Position numbers and translations under genes: made by a program. A stretch of DNA of 64,000 nucleotides from a bacterium (lineage in GTDB: Bacteria > UBA8248), in the NCBI GenBank assembly GCA_965203325.1, contig OZ241875.1:832001-896000 (forward strand). Reading direction: 5' to 3'. Of the stretch, positions 57,749 to 64,000 are shown piece by piece. The stretch's first letter is position 1, and every line of letters begins with the position of its first letter. The notes below the pieces were generated by a model. That model was not told the origin of the DNA and searched no databases. It worked only from the letters and a program-made list of their open reading frames with translations.

Positions 57749-58070
57749 CAAGGGGGGAGTAGTTCTCCTTTTCTCGTCGGTCGCGTCGAGCCCTTATTCG
57801 TCCGGACTTTCTCAGCAACCCCCTCAAGGGGTCAATCTCGACTAAGGTGAGAGGGATTGTGAAATCTTCTACCCCTCCCCCCGATCACCTCCATACACCG
57901 AATCATGAAATATGAACTTATTCAACAACCCCAGAAGACTTAAGAAGCTCGGTGCATCACGATGCGGCGCTTCGTTGTCCGATGCAAGAGATTATGCCAT
58001 TATCACCGAAGCGCAAAACGCAAGGCATGGTATTCGGTCCACGGAAAACCACTCCCGAAGGGCGCTCGTT

Positions 58071-60416
58071 TTGGACAACACCTTCATCATCGTGTTCTTC
58101 CCGTTCGCAGCCGCCCTCATCATCCCCTGGTTCGCAGAACGTTTCAGAAAACACGCCGCGTGGTTCGCCATGGTTGCGCCGCTGGTGAGCACCTGGGCGC
58201 TCTATAACCTCTACGGCGAATGGGCGGCCGGCGGGCATCAGACTTTCACGCGCGCTATCGCCTGGGTCCCCGCCGCGAACGTCGAAATCTCCTTCATGGT
58301 CGACGGGTTGAGCCTCATGTGGGGCTTCCTCGTGGCGGGCATGGGCGCGCTCATCGTCCTCTACTCCCACTGGTATCTCCACGAGCACGAGGCGCTCGGC
58401 CGCTACTACGGCTTCCTCATCGCGTTCATGGGCTCGATGCTGGGCGTGGTGTTCTCCGATCACTTAATTTCCTTGTTCATTTTCTGGGAACTCACGAGCA
58501 TCACCTCGTTCTTCCTCATCGGCTTCTGGTCGGACAGGGACGCCTCGAACTACGGCGCCACCAAGGCCATCCTCATCACGGGCAGCGGCGGCCTCGCCAT
58601 GCTGGGGGGATTTCTGCTACTGGGCGACGTGGCGGGCGAGTGGCGGCTTTCGGAACTCGTGCTCATGCCGGACATTGCCAGCCAGGTATCGCTCGGCGTC
58701 TTCCTTTTGATCATCCTGGGCGCGGCCACCAAGAGCGCGCAGTGGCCCTTCCACATCTGGCTGCCGAACGCGATGGAAGCGCCCACACCCATCAGCGCGT
58801 TCCTGCACTCGGCCACCATGGTCAAGGCGGGCATCTACCTGCTCTCGCGTTTCTACCCAATCCTCGGGGCGCACCCCGCCTGGGGCTACGTGGTGACGGG
58901 CTTCGGCATGACGACAATGATAGCGGGGGGTTTGTTGTCGCTCAGGGCGTATGATCTCAAGGCGATACTGGCGTATGGCACCATCAGCCAGCTCGGCCTC
59001 ATCGTCACCTTCCTGGGCTACGGCGGGAAGGGGGCGATCATCGGCGCGACGCTCCACCTCTACAACCACGCGGCGGCCAAGGCGGCGATGTTCATGACGG
59101 TGGGCATCATCGACCACGAGGCGGGCACGCGCGACGTGCGGCTCTTGGGGAACTTAAGAAAGCTCATGCCGAAGACGCACGTCCTCGCCGTCATCGCGGC
59201 GCTGAGTCTCATCGGCATACCGCCCATGGGCGGGTTCATCACCAAGGAGATGCTCTATGAAGTCAGCCTCCACCCCGGCGGTCCCGGACACTGGAGCTGG
59301 TTCTGGCCGTATCTGACCGTATTCGCGGGCGTGTTCACGGCGCTTTATCACCTGCGGTTCCTGAGCGAGCCCTACTGGCAGGCAGCGGAAGGAGAAGCGC
59401 CCAGGCATCCCCACGACCCGCCGCTCGGTATGCTGGCCGCGCCCGCGATTCTGGTCGCACTCGCGCTCGCGTTCGGTCTCGCGCCGGGGCTTATCGAGAA
59501 CGCCATCGTCGCGCCCGCGGCTTCCGCCACCCTCGGCGGCGGGGCGAAGGTGGAACTCCACCTCGGCCTCTGGCACGGGGTGAACGTGCCCTTGATCATG
59601 TCGGTCATCACGATGGCGCTGGGGCTGGCGCTCTACTTCGGCTTCGCGCACGTGAAGACAGCCCTCGACGCAGTCGCCCGCGTCTGGGGGAACGCCCCCG
59701 CGCCCGACAAAATCTATGACAGCTTCGTGAACTGGCTGAGAAACGGCACGTGGGAAATCCTCATGCTCATCCAGGACGGAAACCTGAGACACTACATGCG
59801 CTGGATGTTCGTCCTGCCGACCGCCTGCGTCCTCTACCTCGTCTGGCGGATGGACTGGGGCGCGAACGTCTTCCCCAAAGGGTTCGCGGGCGCATCGTTT
59901 CTGCTCGTCGTTATCGCGCTCATGATCGCGGGCGCAGCCCTCGCCACGGCGCTGTTCAAGCGCAGAATCGCGGCCATCCTCGCCCTCGGCACGATGGGCT
60001 ACGGCATCGCGGGGCTGTTCCTGCTCCTGAAGGCGCCCGATCTGGCCCTCACCCAGATCATGGTGGAATCCGCTTCGGTCGTGCTCTTCCTGCTGGTGTT
60101 CTACTACCTGCCGGAGCTCAAGCCCGTCCCGCGCTCGGCGGCGAAGAAGATGCGCGACTGGGGCATCGCAATCGGTCTCGGCGTCTGCACGACGCTCGTC
60201 ATGGCCGCCGCCATGAACACGCACAAGTTCCGCACGATAGCGGACTACTTCATGCGCACGAGCAAGCCCGTGGCGGGCTTCAAGAACGTGGTGAACGCCA
60301 TCATCGTCGATTACCGAGGCTACGACACCTTAGGGGAGATCACCGTGCTGGTCATCGCCGGCATCGCGATTTACGCCCTCATGCGGCTGGTGGGAGAGAT
60401 GAAATGCGATCACTGA
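58071..60416 (+). CDS. mrpA: Mrp Na+/H+ antiporter subunit A
   Basis: [65 protein letters not shown] start inferred. Confidence 0.95.
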   Translation: MDNTFIIVFFPFAAALIIPWFAERFRKHAAWFAMVAPLVSTWALYNLYGEWAAGGHQTFTRAIAWVPAANVEISFMVDGLSLMWGFLVAGMGALIVLYSHWYLHEHEALGRYYGFLIAFMGSMLGVVFSDHLISLFIFWELTSITSFFLIGFWSDRDASNYGATKAILITGSGGLAMLGGFLLLGDVAGEWRLSELVLMPDIASQVSLGVFLLIILGAATKSAQWPFHIWLPNAMEAPTPISAFLHSATMVKAGIYLLSRFYPILGAHPAWGYVVTGFGMTTMIAGGLLSLRAYDLKAILAYGTISQLGLIVTFLGYGGKGAIIGATLHLYNHAAAKAAMFMTVGIIDHEAGTRDVRLLGNLRKLMPKTHVLAVIAALSLIGIPPMGGFITKEMLYEVSLHPGGPGHWSWFWPYLTVFAGVFTALYHLRFLSEPYWQAAEGEAPRHPHDPPLGMLAAPAILVALALAFGLAPGLIENAIVAPAASATLGGGAKVELHLGLWHGVNVPLIMSVITMALGLALYFGFAHVKTALDAVARVWGNAPAPDKIYDSFVNWLRNGTWEILMLIQDGNLRHYMRWMFVLPTACVLYLVWRMDWGANVFPKGFAGASFLLVVIALMIAGAALATALFKRRIAAILALGTMGYGIAGLFLLLKAPDLALTQIMVESASVVLFLLVFYYLPELKPVPRSAAKKMRDWGIAIGLGVCTTLVMAAAMNTHKFRTIADYFMRTSKPVAGFKNVVNAIIVDYRGYDTLGEITVLVIAGIAIYALMRLVGEMKCDH

Positions 60417-60829
60417 TCCTGCGGACAATAGCGCCCGCCGTGCTGCACCTGACGCTGCTCTTCTCCATGTTCCTGCTCATCTACGGCCACAACCAGCCGG
60501 GCGGCGGGTTCATCGCGGGGCTGATGACGTCGGTGGGCATCGTGCTCCAGTGGGTGGCGGTGGACGCGGAAGAAGGCCGGCGGCGGTTCAACTGGCCGTA
60601 TGAGGGAATCTTCCTGGCGGGGCTGGCGCTCTCCACACTCACGGGGGTGTGGGGCTATATAAAAGGCGCGTATCTCAAGAGCTCGATCTACCGCTTCGAA
60701 CTGCCCTTCATCGGCGACGTGGAACTGTTCACCGCGTTCCTGTTCGACGTAGGGGTGTACGGCGTGGTGGTCGGGGTGGTGATGTGCATCTTCACCAACC
60801 TGTGCGAGGAGGAGGCGAAGGATTCGTGA
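60404..60829 (+). CDS. mrpB: Mrp antiporter subunit B
   Basis: [22 protein letters not shown] overlaps the end of mrpA. Confidence 0.92.
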   Translation: MRSLILRTIAPAVLHLTLLFSMFLLIYGHNQPGGGFIAGLMTSVGIVLQWVAVDAEEGRRRFNWPYEGIFLAGLALSTLTGVWGYIKGAYLKSSIYRFELPFIGDVELFTAFLFDVGVYGVVVGVVMCIFTNLCEEEAKDS

Positions 60830-60854
60830 GGGGCGTAATCATTCCCCTTTTGAG

Positions 60855-61075
60855 GGGGTTGTTGAAAAAGGCATCATTGGTCGCAATGACGGCCAAAACC
60901 CGAACCCGGGCGGAGGCGCAGGCTGTCGCCTTGAAAAGCAACCCCCCCTACCCCCCCTTGTCAGGGGGGCAAGAAAAAGCAAAGCCCCCTCGGCCCGGCG
61001 GGGGCGCATCGCCTTTTTATACCCCCCTGACAAGGGGGGGTAGGGGGGGTTGCCTTTATCCCTTGACAAGGGGGA
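60855..61075. repeat. Palindromic repeat preceded by an IS1182-like end, inside the mrp operon
   Basis: GGGGTTGTTGAAAAAG followed by a close copy of 31111-31300. Confidence 0.8.
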
Positions 61076-61233
61076 GTGAATGGCAATCTCAATGAGGGAG
61101 AAATTTTTCCCTTCCTTGGGTAGTAACGACCCACAGGAAGGAAGTGGTTTTGGAAAGGGAATCATGAATTTAACAAGAAACCGTCAACTCGAGCACATGA
61201 TTCCCGACGCAAAAGCGCGCAGGAGACGATAAC

Positions 61234-61584
61234 GTGGTCTGGATACTGGCGATGATCATCGGCGTGCTGGTGACGGTGGCTTCCTACCTCATCATGCAGC
61301 GCAGGATCATTCAGGTCGTGCTCGGCATGGCGGTGCTCAGCCACGCCGCGAACCTGATGATCGTCGCCTCGGGCTGGGTGGGGGACGGCAAGGCGCCCAT
61401 CGTCCCCAAAACGGGCGGCCCGCTGGATCCGTTCGCCTACGTCGACCCCCTGCCCCAGGCCATGGTGCTGACCGCCATCGTCATCAGCCTGGCCGTGACG
61501 GCGTTCCTGCTCGTGCTCGCGTTCTTCACCTATAAAAAGTTCGGCACCGACGACATCGACGAGATCAGGAGGCTCAAGGGATGA
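61234..61584 (+). CDS. mrpC: Mrp antiporter subunit C
   Basis: SHAANL, DPLPQAMVLTAIVI. Confidence 0.93.
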   Translation: MVWILAMIIGVLVTVASYLIMQRRIIQVVLGMAVLSHAANLMIVASGWVGDGKAPIVPKTGGPLDPFAYVDPLPQAMVLTAIVISLAVTAFLLVLAFFTYKKFGTDDIDEIRRLKG

Positions 61585-63056
61585 ACGCCTTCTTCCCGAC
61601 CTTCGTCGTCTTGCCGCTGGCGGTGGGCACGTTCCTGTTCCTGGTGCGCAAGAACCGCGCGCTGCAGGAGTCGGTGAGCCTGCTCGCGCTGCTGGCGAAC
61701 CTGATATTCGCAGGCGCGCTCCTGCATGCGACGGCGGACGGGACGATTTTCGTCCACCGGATGGGGCTGTGGCCTTTCCCCTACGCCATCGTCCTGGCGG
61801 CGGACAGGCTCGCCGCCACGCTCTTGTGCCTCTCCGCCTCCATCGTGGGGGCGTGCGCCGTCTTCGCGAGGAGCTATCTGTCGGATGAGCAGCGCAAGGA
61901 GGCTTTCCACCCCCTGCTGCACTTCCTGCTCATGGGGATGCAGGGCTGCTTCATCACGGGCGACCTGTTCAACCTGTTCGTCTTCTTCGAAGTCATGCTC
62001 ATGTCCACCTACGCGCTTCTGGGCTTTTACTACAACCTCGACCAGCTAGAGATGGCCTTCAAGTACACCTGCCTGAACCTGATCGCCTCGGCGCTTTTCC
62101 TGCTCGGCGTCTCGCTGCTCTACGCCCAGGTGGGCACGGTGAACATGGCCGACCTGGCCGTAAAGATAAAACTCCTGGGGCCGACGCCCCTGATGGTGGT
62201 GACGGCGCTCGTCTTCGTGTTCGTCTTCAGCGTGAAGGCGGCGATCTTCCCCATGCACCTGTGGCTGCCGTCTGCGCACTCGATATCGCCCACCCCCATC
62301 AGCGCCATCCTCGCGGGCGTGCTCGTCAAGGTGGGCATCTACTCCATCATCCGCTGCGCCACGCTCATCTTCCCGGCGGCGTTTTTGATACTGCAACCCG
62401 GGCTGATCCTCCTGTGCCTCCTGACCATCGCCATGGGCGCGCTCGGCACCCTGCCCCAGACGAGCATCAAGCGCATCCTGGCCTACAGCACCATCAACCA
62501 ACTGGGCTACATCGCCTTCGGCGTCGCCCTGCTCTCCCAGGCCGGACTCGCCGCGGCGGTCTTCTACATCGTCGGCCACGCCTATCTCAAGAGCGCGATG
62601 CTGCTCGGCGCGGGGCTCAACCAGAAGCTCACCGGCACGGTCGATCTCGACGAGATGGGCGGCATGATGGGCAAGGCGCCCTTCGCGAGCCTGCTCATGC
62701 TGGTGGGGTTCTTATCCTTGGCGGGCTTTCCGCCGTTCACCGGCTTTTTCGCCAAGCTCTTCGTGCTCCAGGCGGGATTCTCGCAGGGCGCGGTGCTCGC
62801 GACGGGGATCGCCCTGGGATTCGGCGTGATATCGCTTTATTATAATTTCACGACGTACCAGCGCTACGCCTGGGGGACGGGCGGCGGCGAGGTCGGGGCG
62901 GCGGGCGCAGGGATATACGGCTCGGTCGCCTTCCTCTCGGCCTTCGCGGTCATCTTCGGCGTCGGCGCCTACTGGCTTTTCGAGTGGGCGCAGCTCGTGG
63001 CCGCCCAGATCACGAACCCGGAACTCTACATCGCCGCCATGCGGGATTTGGGATAG
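61581..63056 (+). CDS. mrpD: Mrp antiporter subunit D
   Basis: TGDLFNLFVFFEVML, KAAIFPMHLWLP, KVGIY, LAGFPPFTGF. Confidence 0.95.
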   Translation: MNAFFPTFVVLPLAVGTFLFLVRKNRALQESVSLLALLANLIFAGALLHATADGTIFVHRMGLWPFPYAIVLAADRLAATLLCLSASIVGACAVFARSYLSDEQRKEAFHPLLHFLLMGMQGCFITGDLFNLFVFFEVMLMSTYALLGFYYNLDQLEMAFKYTCLNLIASALFLLGVSLLYAQVGTVNMADLAVKIKLLGPTPLMVVTALVFVFVFSVKAAIFPMHLWLPSAHSISPTPISAILAGVLVKVGIYSIIRCATLIFPAAFLILQPGLILLCLLTIAMGALGTLPQTSIKRILAYSTINQLGYIAFGVALLSQAGLAAAVFYIVGHAYLKSAMLLGAGLNQKLTGTVDLDEMGGMMGKAPFASLLMLVGFLSLAGFPPFTGFFAKLFVLQAGFSQGAVLATGIALGFGVISLYYNFTTYQRYAWGTGGGEVGAAGAGIYGSVAFLSAFAVIFGVGAYWLFEWAQLVAAQITNPELYIAAMRDLG

Positions 63057-63066
63057 GAGACGCCTG

Positions 63067-63540
63067 ATGCCGCTCGCCACGCTCGCATTCACCATCGCCA
63101 CCATCTGGATATTCCTGCACGGGAGCGCGACGCCGGGGCATTTCTTCGTCGGGCTGATCATGGCGATCTTCATCATCCGGTTCTTAAAGAAATCCTACTA
63201 CCAGGACAGGACGTTTTTCCGCATCGGCAGCTATTTCAGATACTTGCGGAGCTTCACCTGGGAGCTTCTCATCGCGAACGTCCAGGTGCTGAAGATCGTG
63301 CTCTCGCCCAAATTATCCATTCGTCCGGGCATCATCCCCTACAAGACGGTCTGCAAGACGCCGCTGGGCGTGACGATGCTGGCGAACTCCATCACGCTCA
63401 CGCCCGGCACGCTGAGCATCGACGTGTCAGACGACGATGAGACGATATTCGTCCACACGCTGGACATCGACCACCCCGACGAGGTGGCCGAGGGCATCCG
63501 GGAGGGGCTGGAAGAACCCATCGTGGGAGCCGTGGAATGA
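63067..63540 (+). CDS. mrpE: Mrp antiporter subunit E
   Basis: RPGII, ANSITLTPGT, VHTLD. Confidence 0.93.
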   Translation: MPLATLAFTIATIWIFLHGSATPGHFFVGLIMAIFIIRFLKKSYYQDRTFFRIGSYFRYLRSFTWELLIANVQVLKIVLSPKLSIRPGIIPYKTVCKTPLGVTMLANSITLTPGTLSIDVSDDDETIFVHTLDIDHPDEVAEGIREGLEEPIVGAVE

Positions 63541-63806
63541 TAGCGCTCGCCGTCCAGATAAGCCTCGTGATGATGGGCGCCTCGGTGCTCTTGGCGTTCA
63601 TCCGGCTCGCCAAGGGGCCCACGACGTCGGACCGCGTGGTGGCGGCGGACACCCTCGCCACGAACGTGCTCGGCGTCATCGCGCTGTTCGCCATCCAGAC
63701 GCACAACAAGCTGTTCATCATCGCCGTGCTCGCCCTGGCGATATTGAGCTTCGTGGGCACGACGGTGTATGCGAAGTTCCTCGAGAGGGGGAAGATCATT
63801 GAGTGA
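63537..63806 (+). CDS. mrpF: Mrp antiporter subunit F
   Basis: GPTTSDRVVAAD, SFVGTT. Confidence 0.92.
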   Translation: MIALAVQISLVMMGASVLLAFIRLAKGPTTSDRVVAADTLATNVLGVIALFAIQTHNKLFIIAVLALAILSFVGTTVYAKFLERGKIIE

Positions 63807-64000
63807 CGCACTCGCCGCCGTCCTGCTGCTGGGAGGCTCGTTCTTCATGCTGGTCGCCAGCATCGGCCTCATCCGCCTGCCCGACGTCTACTGCCGCATG
63901 CACGCGGCCACCAAGGCGACGACCTTCGGCATGGGCGGCATACTGCTGGGCGCGAGCTTGATCTTCCAGAGCGCCGCCGTCACGACGCAGGCGCTTCTGG
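63799..64000 (+). CDS. mrpG: Mrp antiporter subunit G, 3' partial
   Basis: TTG 63799 gives MSDALAAV...IGLIRLPDVYCRMHAATKATTFG; not in the ORF track because it runs off the window. Confidence 0.9.
   Translation, partial: MSDALAAVLLLGGSFFMLVASIGLIRLPDVYCRMHAATKATTFGMGGILLGASLIFQSAAVTTQALL

Overview
GC-rich bacterial chromosomal segment, densely coding and mostly transport and catabolism. In order: a partial MMPL/RND transporter and a flavin oxidoreductase; aceE-aceF (no canonical lpd); a flavoprotein disulfide reductase and NCS2 permease divergent from a hidden selenoprotein (glutaredoxin-like UxxC fused to a DinB-like domain, in-frame TGA at 11835 plus SECIS-like hairpin, missed by the ORF track) and an M20 amidohydrolase. 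Three branched-chain-amino-acid-type (HAAT) ABC clusters are present, one with a single binding protein serving two full permease/ATPase sets. Also present: CoA ligase, cytochrome c, MATE, SulP, M20, acyl-CoA dehydrogenase, msrB, VOC, LLM and 2Fe-2S genes, a lipoprotein TPR-CHAT protease / secreted protein / CHASE2-adenylate cyclase operon, asparaginase-like and lactonase-like genes, an intact IS1182-family element, and mrpABCDEFG (truncated by the window end). Intergenic regions hold several palindromic repeat families and MITE-like elements sharing the IS1182 termini. The IS is inserted in the loop of a repeat hairpin, and a 0.4-0.5 kb repeat in inverted orientation brackets an 11.2 kb minus-strand block. 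All calls rest on motifs read by eye; no database search was run.
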